A stretch of DNA of 64,000 nt from a virus. Positions 15,561-24,942 of the stretch are shown in pieces (positions within the stretch are counted from its first letter, which is position 1; each line of letters begins with the position of its first letter). The notes under the pieces were generated by a model, which was not told the origin of the DNA, did not search any database, and saw nothing but the letters and a program-made list of their open reading frames with translations. Made by a program: the position numbers and the translations under genes. The DNA is taken from IMG/VR virus record IMGVR_UViG_3300034095_001343, positions 32,001-96,000 of that record; one strand, given 5' to 3'.

Positions 15561-17522
15561 ATGAAAGCAAACATTTTTGAACCAAGATTAAACATTTTAC
15601 CTTATGAATACCCTCAGTTATTAGCATATAAAGATGCTATTCGTCACTCTTACTGGATTGATACTGAGTATAATTTTACTACAGATATTGATGACTTTAG
15701 AGTAAAAGTTACAGATAGTGAAAGAGAAGTTATTAAAAGAACAATGTTAGCCATTGCGCAGATTGAAGTTAATGTAAAAACTTTCTGGGCTGATATGTAT
15801 AAGCGTATGCCTATCACAGAAATAGGAGATGTAGGTATGACCTTTGCTGAATGTCATGGTGAAGGTACAGAAATACTAACCTTAAAGGGTTGGATAGACT
15901 TTAAGAATATTACTAACAATACAGAAGTTATTCAGTATGATATAGAAACTGATACAATGACATCTGTTTTACCAACTAATATAATAAATAAACCTTACAA
16001 AGGGAAAATGCATAGGATTAAAAACCAAACATACAATGCATTGCTAACTCCTAATCATAACATTATATATAGGACAAGAAGTGGTAATGTTATGAAAAAG
16101 ACCATTAAAGAAATCACTAAATTTAATAGTGATATGAAATTACCTTTTTCAGGAAAACTTCTCCATGATGGAATACAAGAGTTAACACCTATTGAAAGAT
16201 TAAGAATTGCTATACAAGCTGATGGATCTTCTAGATTTTGGAATAAGAATGGTGAGAAGATAAGAAGAGGATTAGAAACAAATAGTCATACTTATGAAAT
16301 TTCAGTTAAAAAAGAGAGAAAGAAACTTAGACTAAAAAATCTTATAATAGAATCAGGATTAACATACAGAGAATTTGAAGTATCAAGACCTGAATATGTA
16401 AAGTATGAAATAGATTTTCCTACTGATTATGATTTAAAACAGTTTAATTGGGTTGATTTATCAGATAAATCTCAGAATTGGTGTAACCATTTTATTGAAG
16501 AATTGATTGAGTGGGATGGAACAAGATTGGAAGGTAAGGGTAATGCTAAGAATTGTCTTATGAAATATTCTACTACTAATAAATTATGTGCTGATAAGGT
16601 TCAAGCTGTAGGTATTTTAGCAGGTTACAGAACTAATATAAATACTAAAACAGATAATAGAAAAGATTCATATAAAGATATTTATACTGTAAGTTTTGTA
16701 AATACAGAAAATTATTCATCAATAACATATACACCTACTATTGAGGATTATGATGGTAATATATACTGTGTAACTGTTCCAACGGGATGCATTGTAACTA
16801 GATATAATAATAAAGTTTTAATTTCAGGAAACTCAGAAGTTCGTCACAAAGATGCATATGCAAGACTGCTTAGAATTCTAGGTTTAGAAGATGAGTTTAA
16901 AACAGTAATTGAAATACCAGCTATTGAAGGTAGAATCAAATACCTAAAGAAGTACTTAGACGGTTCCCGCAGTAAGGATAATAAGATGTATACTAAATCT
17001 GTGCTATTATTTTCTCTATTCATTGAGCACGTTAGTTTGTTTAGTCAGTTCTTAATTATGATGTCTTTCAATAAGGAAAAGAATCTTTTTAAAGGTATCT
17101 CAAATGTTGTTGAGGCTACCAGCAAAGAAGAGGATATTCACGGTAATTTTGGTGTTGAGATTATTAATATCATTAAGTCTGAAAATCCTGAATGGTTTGA
17201 TACAGATTTTGAAGAGTTAATTTACTCCGCCTGTTTGAAAGCTTATGCCGCTGAATGCGGTATATTAGACTGGATTTTTGAAAAGGGTGAGTTAGAGTTT
17301 CTAAATAAGGAAACTATTCAAGAATTTATTAAGAATAGATTTAATAATTCTCTTAGAAAGATTAACATGCAGCCCTTATTTGAAATTAATACCAATTCGT
17401 TAGAATCAACAAAATGGTTTGAGGTAGAGATTACCGCAACTAAAGAGGGTGACTTCTTTTATAAAAAACAAATAGACTATAACAAAAAATCTAAAGCAAT
17501 TACAGAAGATGACTTATTTTAA
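15561..17522 (+). CDS. nrdB: Ribonucleotide reductase class I beta subunit (class Id/NrdBi-like), intein-containing
   Basis: PYEYP, IAQIEVNVKTFW, FAE|SEVRH..AY, IEHVSLFSQF, EEDIH and a C-terminal DFF...Y.K...EDDLF. Start placed at ATG 15561 because the GTG at 15501 lies within the hairpin. Confidence 0.95.
   Translation: MKANIFEPRLNILPYEYPQLLAYKDAIRHSYWIDTEYNFTTDIDDFRVKVTDSEREVIKRTMLAIAQIEVNVKTFWADMYKRMPITEIGDVGMTFAECHGEGTEILTLKGWIDFKNITNNTEVIQYDIETDTMTSVLPTNIINKPYKGKMHRIKNQTYNALLTPNHNIIYRTRSGNVMKKTIKEITKFNSDMKLPFSGKLLHDGIQELTPIERLRIAIQADGSSRFWNKNGEKIRRGLETNSHTYEISVKKERKKLRLKNLIIESGLTYREFEVSRPEYVKYEIDFPTDYDLKQFNWVDLSDKSQNWCNHFIEELIEWDGTRLEGKGNAKNCLMKYSTTNKLCADKVQAVGILAGYRTNINTKTDNRKDSYKDIYTVSFVNTENYSSITYTPTIEDYDGNIYCVTVPTGCIVTRYNNKVLISGNSEVRHKDAYARLLRILGLEDEFKTVIEIPAIEGRIKYLKKYLDGSRSKDNKMYTKSVLLFSLFIEHVSLFSQFLIMMSFNKEKNLFKGISNVVEATSKEEDIHGNFGVEIINIIKSENPEWFDTDFEELIYSACLKAYAAECGILDWIFEKGELEFLNKETIQEFIKNRFNNSLRKINMQPLFEINTNSLESTKWFEVEITATKEGDFFYKKQIDYNKKSKAITEDDLF
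15852..16832 (+). mobile_element. Intein (327 aa) with LAGLIDADG homing endonuclease in nrdB
   Basis: Starts CHGEGTEILT (block A), with block B LTPNH, LAGLIDADG-like IAIQADGS and ELIEWDGT, block F YDGNIYCVTVPTG, and end ISGN followed by Ser. Removal restores FAE-SEVRH. Confidence 0.92.
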
Positions 17523-17526
17523 AAAT

Positions 17527-19152
17527 ATGGAAAGAAAGAAATATTATTGGCTCAATGAAGATAGCCGTACATTTTTATCAAGGGGTTACATTAATGAAAC
17601 TCCTGAACAACGTATACATGATATTGCAGTAATAGCTGAAAAGTATCTTAAGGTTAATGGCTTTGCTAAAAAGTTTGAAGACTACATGGCCAGAGGTTTT
17701 TATAGTTTATCTACCCCGGTATGGATTAACTTTGGTAAACAAAAAGGTTTGCCTATTAGTTGCTATGGTTCTAATGTGGATGACAATCTTGATAGCATAT
17801 TAAATGCAGGGCGTGAGATTGGTATGATGTCTAAGTATGGAGGGGGAACCTCTGTTTTTTTAGGAAACATTAGACCAAGAGGTAGTGCAATAACAACAGG
17901 TGGCACTGCAGATGGGCCCGTGCATTATGCTAGAATCTATGATACAGTCGTAGATGTATGTAAACAATCTGAAGCAAGACGTGGAGCTTGTGCTGCATGG
18001 TTACCTGTTGAGCATGCAGACATACTTGAGTTCTTAGAGATTGGCGGAGAAGGAAACCCTATTCAAAACTTACAGTTTGGTGTTACAGTCACTGACAAAT
18101 GGATTGAAGAAATGAAAGCTGGAGATTCTGACAAACGTAAAGTCTGGGCCAAGATAATTCAAAAAAGAAATGAGTTTGGTTTTCCTTACATTATGTTCAA
18201 GGACAATACCAATAACAATTCACCGTATAAAGAATTAGGATATGATATTACAGCAAGTAACTTATGTTCTGAAATTCAATTACCAACTGATTCATTCAAT
18301 TCATTTGTATGTTGTTTAGGATCTATTAACCTTTTACACTGGGATGAGATTGTTAAAACAGATGCTATTGAAACTTATACATTATTCTTAAATGCAGTAA
18401 TTGAAGAATTTATTACTAAATCTAAAGCAATGCCTGGAATGTCTAGAGCACATAGTTTTGCAAAAGAACATAGAGCAATTGGATTAGGTGTACTAGGATG
18501 GCATTCATATTTGCAATCTCAACTTATTGAGTTTGAATCAATGGAAGCTAAATTTTTAAATGTCCAAGTTTTTAAAATACTTAAAGAAAGATCTGAGGCT
18601 GCATCGAGAGAACTATGTGAAATTGGTAATGTAAAGTCAATTAGACCAGGATATGCAAATACTACACTAATTGCAATTGCTCCAACAAAATCTAGTTCAT
18701 TCATACATGGACAAGTATCTATGGGTATTGAACCAATCAAATCAAATTACTTTATAAAGGATTTGGCTAAGTCTAAGACTATCTACAAGAATCCTTTTTT
18801 AGAATGTGAATTAGAAAAGTATGGTTTGAATACACCTGAAACATGGGAAAGTATTTTAAAGAAAGATGGGTCAGTTCAACATTTAGATTTCCCTACTAAA
18901 AAAGTATTTAAATCATTTATTGAGATTAGCCCTAAAGAAGTTATTATACAAGCTGCTGCAAGACAAAAGTTTATTGATCAATCACAGTCATTAAATATAA
19001 TGATTCATCCATCAGTACCAGCTAAAGATATTAACCAGCTTTATTTATTTGCACATGAGACGGGAGTTAAAACTCTTTACTATCAATTTAGTCAAAGTTC
19101 AGCACAAGCATTCTCAAGAAATATATTAGAATGCGCAAGCTGTGAAGCATAA
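17527..19152 (+). CDS. nrdA: Ribonucleotide reductase class I alpha subunit (short, no ATP cone)
   Basis: STPVW.NFG, PISC, GGG, SNLCSEI, CCLGS, APT.SSS, DQSQSLN, KTLYY and C-terminal CASCEA. Likely start ATG 17527 (MERKKYYWLN). Confidence 0.95.
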   Translation: MERKKYYWLNEDSRTFLSRGYINETPEQRIHDIAVIAEKYLKVNGFAKKFEDYMARGFYSLSTPVWINFGKQKGLPISCYGSNVDDNLDSILNAGREIGMMSKYGGGTSVFLGNIRPRGSAITTGGTADGPVHYARIYDTVVDVCKQSEARRGACAAWLPVEHADILEFLEIGGEGNPIQNLQFGVTVTDKWIEEMKAGDSDKRKVWAKIIQKRNEFGFPYIMFKDNTNNNSPYKELGYDITASNLCSEIQLPTDSFNSFVCCLGSINLLHWDEIVKTDAIETYTLFLNAVIEEFITKSKAMPGMSRAHSFAKEHRAIGLGVLGWHSYLQSQLIEFESMEAKFLNVQVFKILKERSEAASRELCEIGNVKSIRPGYANTTLIAIAPTKSSSFIHGQVSMGIEPIKSNYFIKDLAKSKTIYKNPFLECELEKYGLNTPETWESILKKDGSVQHLDFPTKKVFKSFIEISPKEVIIQAAARQKFIDQSQSLNIMIHPSVPAKDINQLYLFAHETGVKTLYYQFSQSSAQAFSRNILECASCEA

Positions 19153-19155
19153 TTT

Positions 19156-19202
19156 TAAGGGGGAAGATATAAACCATGTAGGTTGAAAATCTGAACCCCT
19201 TA
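19156..19202. terminator. Imperfect hairpin between convergent nrdA and the 1909-aa gene
   Basis: TAAGGGG/CCCCTTA outer stem with AGAT/ATCT and AACC/GGTT inner stems. Confidence 0.55.
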
Positions 19203-19209
19203 TAATTTC

Positions 19210-22200
19210 TTATTTAATATAGAAGTTGGTCAGATTTAAGAATTCATTGTATTTCTTAATTGAATATAATATAGGCACTACATCTGCCCAGTTTTTATAA
19301 AGTTTTATTTCTCTCTTTCTAGTTCCTCTTTGATAAACATAATCTGAATCTAAGTAGAAATCTTCTTTACCTTCAACCAGATAAGCAAGCGGTGTCATTA
19401 CACTTAAAGATAATGCTTCACCAAACTCACCCAAGGTTCTTGTTGATGCAATAGGAGATTTAAACATTTGATAGATTTGCTGAGCACCTATAGGAGTAAA
19501 TAGAATAAGTTCCTTATAAGTTCTATCTGCTTGATATCTCATAAAGTTTTCCATTCTCTTTTCAAACTCAGTATCATCATCATCATCTGAGAACATTGCT
19601 GCAAGAATACCATTAAGAGCAACTGTCACCATGATGATTCCAATTTCTCCTAAAGTTCTATAGGCACCAAACAGTTTGTCTCTGGCTCTTTGATCTCTCT
19701 GTGAACCATCTCCAGTATAACCATATTGCTCCATAAAGTTCTCACTATGCTTACCAAATTCAAGTTGAAACGTAGCAAGCTGTTTTGTGCTATAAGCTAA
19801 AAATTTCCAGAAGGCTCTATATCTACCTTCCATCCATCCTAAGTTTTCATCAAAGTATTCTCTACGAAATCTTGCTTTAATTGCTGGAGCAACCCACTTG
19901 TGAAATTGTGCAGCAAGTCTACCAACAGCATATGATTGAATAACCATTCTATCATCCTTAGCATAGTTACCGTGAATTTGTTTATTCACTTCACGGATCT
20001 TATTTCTAAGTTGATATCTAAAGTCATTAGTGTATTTGACTTCTTTAATTACTTTAGGCTTTCCTTCATCATCAACATTCTTTCTATCAAGGGTTACAAT
20101 TGTATCATAACCATCTTTTAGTTTTGCTTCTTTTGTTTCTGAATCAAATTCAAAAGCATCATACATAGAGATGATATCTCCAGTTGCTTTATTCATGATC
20201 ATGGTATCTATAAGGATAGCCATACCAATCTTAGTCTGAACATTGTATTCAGCCATATCTTGAAGTACATAACCAAAGTCAGCAGCTTTTCTAAACCAAG
20301 ACTTGCCAATAGGCTCAGGACCAAATTGACTTTCACGTATGTCAGATTTAGCATCCATCATTCTAAATAAATCAACTAAAGCTTCATACTTACTTGAAGG
20401 CTCTTCAGGATCATAATCTGATTTATTAAAAGGTTTCTTTGCAACAGCTCCCAATCTTACTACAAGATCTGGCAAAGCTCTTTTGTTAAATTCAAACTCA
20501 GCTCTAGCATATGAAGAACCAGCAAAGAATCTTTGACCCAGTGCTTCAATAGTATTGTTAATTCTACCTAAAGCATAGTTATTAAAGTTACCAAATGGGT
20601 TAAATGCCACATAAGATAAAGATGAATATTCCATCAAACCGTCAGTAACTTTTTCTAAGAAGCCTTTAGTGATTCTATCATTGTCATAGTATACCATTGA
20701 CATCCACTTCTTAGCTCTCTTAACTACGTTACTTTCAGCTCCACCTTTTTTACCTTTTGGTATGAACTTACCTTTTACCCACTTTCCTAATGTTACTCCA
20801 GGATCTGCAGGTTGGTAACTACGTTGTTCAAGAACTTTAATGAAAGCTTTAAAGGTGTCTTCAACTGTAGACATCACTTCATAATGTTCAGCCATTGAAC
20901 TGAATCTCATGAGGGCCGTACCCATATCTTTATTAATCTCACCTTTAGAAGGTCTTGCTTGAATAGTTGCAAGTCTTCCTTTTAAAATAGGCATTTGATT
21001 ATCATAGGCATCTCTAGTTACAAAACCTTTCTTTCTGTTATTTTCTAATGCAGTAATCTCTGCATTAATTGCAGCAAGCTCTTCATCTGTTCTTGCTCTT
21101 CCTGTATAGAAGATAGGAAGCTGATCAATAAGATTACCTTCTTCATCTAATACAATACCTCTCTGTTCTGCAGTTTCTGATACAAGATTGTTAACACTTC
21201 TTGTAGCCTTAGACCAAAGCTTACCTACAATATTAGGTTTAGCTTTTATATCTTGGAATAATTTACCTTTTACTACGGGCACATTACCTAACATTTGAGA
21301 TCTATATCCCATAGGTAATTTGCCAAGTAATTGATTTTCATAGTAATTTACAAATGCTAAATAAAACTCTTTTTGAGTTTGACCTAATGCATCTGAAGGA
21401 TTCATAATTTTTTCATACTTTTCACTTACCATTCTCTCACCAGTACGCAGATTATAATCATTTGCAATACGGTTTTGTGGTTTAACAGCATGGAACACAG
21501 ACTCTCTTACAATTGCTCCAGTAAAATTACCATTCTGATCTTTTTTAGCATATGTATATTCAACTTCATTAAAATACTTAGCTAAGTAAACTTGATAAGC
21601 TCTGTCAGATACACCAGCCTTTCTTCTCCATACAGGTTTGCCATTAACCGGAACATAGTATTGGAACTTAGCTCTTTCAGTTTTAAACTCATCAGTGTAT
21701 TTATGGAAGTCCCCATCCATAAGTTTATCATCTAGACCCACTCTTTCAGCAGCCCAGAATGCAGCATACTCAGACTTAGCCTTAGCAAGTTTAATGTTAA
21801 ACTCTAAATCTTCTTTTTTAGCAGTTGCTGCTTCACTTACATCTCTATATTCTAAGGCATTACCATTTTCATCATAGAGTTTATCTCTAAGCTCCTGTTG
21901 CTTTTTATAGTATTGTCTACCTAATCTTTGAACATATCTTCCGTTAAATTCACCATCATCGTCAAACTCAAGCATGAAGTCATACATTTCTTGAGTATTC
22001 TTATTAGGAGATAGTTTCTGAAGTCTTGATGCTAGACCTGCAATAGTTCTGTTTCTTGTTTCTACATTATCCAAAAGCTCTTGCTTTTTAGTCTTGTAGA
22101 TTTTATCCATTACTGCAAGAATAGTATCTCTTGAAGTTGCTAGATCACCAGTACCCAGTTCCATATAATCTATATCACGGGCATGCTTCATTAAATCATT

Positions 22201-24939
22201 TAAAACATCATCGGTTAAGTCATCTCTTGTTGACCAATTCTTAATCTGTGCTTTTACATAATTTGTAATAGCTTCATTGATAAGACCTTCTTGCTTTGAG
22301 TTACTAACACCCAAATTATTCAATTGAGTTTGTAACTGTAAGATTAAAGATTTCTGTGTAGCATTGATACCTTCAAGATCTTTTACAGAATATAATCCTT
22401 CAAAAGTTTTAATGAATCTATTGAAGTTAAGAACGTATGTAATGTATTCTGATTTGTCAAAGTTATCTACATTGTTTACATAGTCTGTAAAGTTTTTAAT
22501 CTGCTTGAAAGCATCTCTTAATAACTCTGTAAATAGTGCAGCACGTGCCTTAGGACCTTCAGCCATTGCTAAGCTAATGGCAGATAGAGCATTAAGAATA
22601 TTTTCTTCAGTTTGCTCTCTAGTTCTATCAATATAGATAGCACTTTTAATCTGCTCCATTGCTTTAAGCTTTGTTGTCAAAGCCATTCTATAGTTTTCTA
22701 AAGCTTGTGTAATAACTTCATACTCAGTATATGGATCAGCAAAGTCTGTATCTTCTGGCATCTTTTCAGCATCTGTTAATTCTGAATCCCAGTTAACAGC
22801 ATTGTCTAATGCATCATCAATGTTTTTCTCTAAATCTTCTAATGAAATTGAGTCAACATTTTTTGGAACAAGAAGATCAACATATAAACTATTTTGACTT
22901 GCAGGATGAGCCACCCATTCATCAGATCTAAACTCACCAGTGAATTCTTGCTGAGCATCTTTACCTTTGATACCAACTTGAATGTGGAAAGTAGAAGCAC
23001 CCATTTCACTCATGTCTACTTCATAACCCATATTTTCAAGCATCCTTCTATACATGTTTACTTGAATACCCTGTTGAGCTCTTGTAGAAAGACTTTCAAT
23101 CCCTGCCTTTTTAAGATCACTATTTTCTCCTAGTTTATATTCTTGGTCATACTTAAGTTTACCTTGAAGTCCTACTTTAGTTTTAGCTTGCTCACTTAAC
23201 ACCATATCTCTTACAGAGTTCTTGCTTGTCTTAAGATCAACAATTCTAAGTTTACCATCTGGCAAAACAACAAGAATGTCAATTGATCCGGCAGTCTTTG
23301 ACTTCTGGTCATAAACAACAACTTGAGGAACGGCAACACCGCCACCTCTAGTAATCTCTCTAAGATTTTCTTGTAATTGTAAATAAGCTTTCTCAGCTTG
23401 TTCTCTATTAAGAACTTTCATTTGAGAAAAGACTTCATCTAATTGTTTATCTGAAGTTAATCCTTGCAATAACTTATCAAAGTCATTACCCAGATCAATG
23501 TTCAGTTTCTTATTAAACATATCTTCTTCAGAAAGCTTTCCTTTAATTCTTTCTGTAGTAGAACTGAAAGTCTCAGTTGTATCTAATAAGTTATAGTATA
23601 CATGATTCTCTTCATTAAGAACAACAATTGGTCCTTCAAATCCGGCAGCCATTGAACCAACTTCTTCTTTTGTAGTTTGTGCTTGATGGAATAGTCTATT
23701 GATTATTTCAGCTTGAATTGCATTTGATTGTCTTGTAGCATAATCTACAGTAGACTGAAGTTCAGGAGTTAAAGAAAATCTAATCTTAGCATCTGCTCTA
23801 GCCGCTGCGTTAAACTGAATACCAGAAGTATTTAACAACTTAGCAATATCAGATAAAGTAGTTGTAGGTTTAATGTCTTGAAGATTAATTCTCACAACTT
23901 CAGAAGGTGTTTGAGATGGTTGAACAACTTCAGAACTTCTTAAAGAAGATATATTAATACCTGTAATATATTTATGAAGATTGTTTATAATATCAGCAAA
24001 CCAATCCAAAAACTCTTTTACTCTTTCTTTAAAGGTCTTGGTTGGATTTTCTTCATATTCTTTTTTGAAGTGTCTTGTCAAAGCTTGTGTAACAAGTTCA
24101 AGATCTCTGTGTCTTTGATTAAAACCACGTTTCTCACTATAAGCATCTTCAATTTGCTGACTTAATACTGGAAACATAGTCTTTGCTTCTGATAGTAATG
24201 AATCAAACAAAGCTTTATTATCTACAAACAAAGCATCTGTAAATGGGTGAAGTATCTCTTCAATAGCTGTCTCATCTGTAACACGTCCTCTAATTAAAAC
24301 AACTTTATTTGATAGAGGATTGAAATAAGAATTTACTTTTTCAAAAGGTACATTAGCTTTTTGAAATTCTGAAAGACTATTATAATAAGCTTGTGCCTCA
24401 GCAACTGAAACTAACTCTACTTCAACATTAGGAAACATTCTCATTAAATGAGTAACAACGTGTCTACTTCTAGTTTGATCCCAACCTCTTGTTGATTGCA
24501 TCATATCTTTAGAAGTAAATACATTCTCATCTACAGTAATTTTAACTAAATTTGCAGTAGGTTGAAAATTAACAGCCTTCTCAGGAATGTTATTAATATC
24601 AAGATATCTTTTTACTTTGTTCAGATTACTTTGCAAAACTTGAGCATCATAAGCTCTAGTTTGTCTGTTAGAGTTATTTATATAATATAAATTACCAATC
24701 TTGATAATTAAGTTCTTCCTAGATAAATTACCCAGAATAGCTTCTGCAAAATTTCTTTGCTGAATGTTAAAAGCAATTTTCTTATCCTTTAAGAATTGTT
24801 TTGCTTGTCCAACTGTAGGAAAAGCTTCACTATTATTTACATTTTGCCAAGACGTAATTATTCCATCAACCTGTATATTGCTACTGAAAGCACCTAATAA
24901 GTTTTTATATTCTTGGGTATTTCTATTAAAACATGCCAT
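19210..24939 (-). CDS. Large virion ejection protein with degenerate zincin-like and PD-(D/E)xK nuclease-like domains
   Basis: 1909 aa, directly downstream of the virion RNAP gene. IEEILHPF...ELV (~24080-24265) and AGSIDILV...IVDLKTS...Q..MY (~23040-23300). Confidence 0.75.
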   Translation of the reverse strand: MACFNRNTQEYKNLLGAFSSNIQVDGIITSWQNVNNSEAFPTVGQAKQFLKDKKIAFNIQQRNFAEAILGNLSRKNLIIKIGNLYYINNSNRQTRAYDAQVLQSNLNKVKRYLDINNIPEKAVNFQPTANLVKITVDENVFTSKDMMQSTRGWDQTRSRHVVTHLMRMFPNVEVELVSVAEAQAYYNSLSEFQKANVPFEKVNSYFNPLSNKVVLIRGRVTDETAIEEILHPFTDALFVDNKALFDSLLSEAKTMFPVLSQQIEDAYSEKRGFNQRHRDLELVTQALTRHFKKEYEENPTKTFKERVKEFLDWFADIINNLHKYITGINISSLRSSEVVQPSQTPSEVVRINLQDIKPTTTLSDIAKLLNTSGIQFNAAARADAKIRFSLTPELQSTVDYATRQSNAIQAEIINRLFHQAQTTKEEVGSMAAGFEGPIVVLNEENHVYYNLLDTTETFSSTTERIKGKLSEEDMFNKKLNIDLGNDFDKLLQGLTSDKQLDEVFSQMKVLNREQAEKAYLQLQENLREITRGGGVAVPQVVVYDQKSKTAGSIDILVVLPDGKLRIVDLKTSKNSVRDMVLSEQAKTKVGLQGKLKYDQEYKLGENSDLKKAGIESLSTRAQQGIQVNMYRRMLENMGYEVDMSEMGASTFHIQVGIKGKDAQQEFTGEFRSDEWVAHPASQNSLYVDLLVPKNVDSISLEDLEKNIDDALDNAVNWDSELTDAEKMPEDTDFADPYTEYEVITQALENYRMALTTKLKAMEQIKSAIYIDRTREQTEENILNALSAISLAMAEGPKARAALFTELLRDAFKQIKNFTDYVNNVDNFDKSEYITYVLNFNRFIKTFEGLYSVKDLEGINATQKSLILQLQTQLNNLGVSNSKQEGLINEAITNYVKAQIKNWSTRDDLTDDVLNDLMKHARDIDYMELGTGDLATSRDTILAVMDKIYKTKKQELLDNVETRNRTIAGLASRLQKLSPNKNTQEMYDFMLEFDDDGEFNGRYVQRLGRQYYKKQQELRDKLYDENGNALEYRDVSEAATAKKEDLEFNIKLAKAKSEYAAFWAAERVGLDDKLMDGDFHKYTDEFKTERAKFQYYVPVNGKPVWRRKAGVSDRAYQVYLAKYFNEVEYTYAKKDQNGNFTGAIVRESVFHAVKPQNRIANDYNLRTGERMVSEKYEKIMNPSDALGQTQKEFYLAFVNYYENQLLGKLPMGYRSQMLGNVPVVKGKLFQDIKAKPNIVGKLWSKATRSVNNLVSETAEQRGIVLDEEGNLIDQLPIFYTGRARTDEELAAINAEITALENNRKKGFVTRDAYDNQMPILKGRLATIQARPSKGEINKDMGTALMRFSSMAEHYEVMSTVEDTFKAFIKVLEQRSYQPADPGVTLGKWVKGKFIPKGKKGGAESNVVKRAKKWMSMVYYDNDRITKGFLEKVTDGLMEYSSLSYVAFNPFGNFNNYALGRINNTIEALGQRFFAGSSYARAEFEFNKRALPDLVVRLGAVAKKPFNKSDYDPEEPSSKYEALVDLFRMMDAKSDIRESQFGPEPIGKSWFRKAADFGYVLQDMAEYNVQTKIGMAILIDTMIMNKATGDIISMYDAFEFDSETKEAKLKDGYDTIVTLDRKNVDDEGKPKVIKEVKYTNDFRYQLRNKIREVNKQIHGNYAKDDRMVIQSYAVGRLAAQFHKWVAPAIKARFRREYFDENLGWMEGRYRAFWKFLAYSTKQLATFQLEFGKHSENFMEQYGYTGDGSQRDQRARDKLFGAYRTLGEIGIIMVTVALNGILAAMFSDDDDDTEFEKRMENFMRYQADRTYKELILFTPIGAQQIYQMFKSPIASTRTLGEFGEALSLSVMTPLAYLVEGKEDFYLDSDYVYQRGTRKREIKLYKNWADVVPILYSIKKYNEFLNLTNFYIK

Positions 24940-24942
24940 ATG

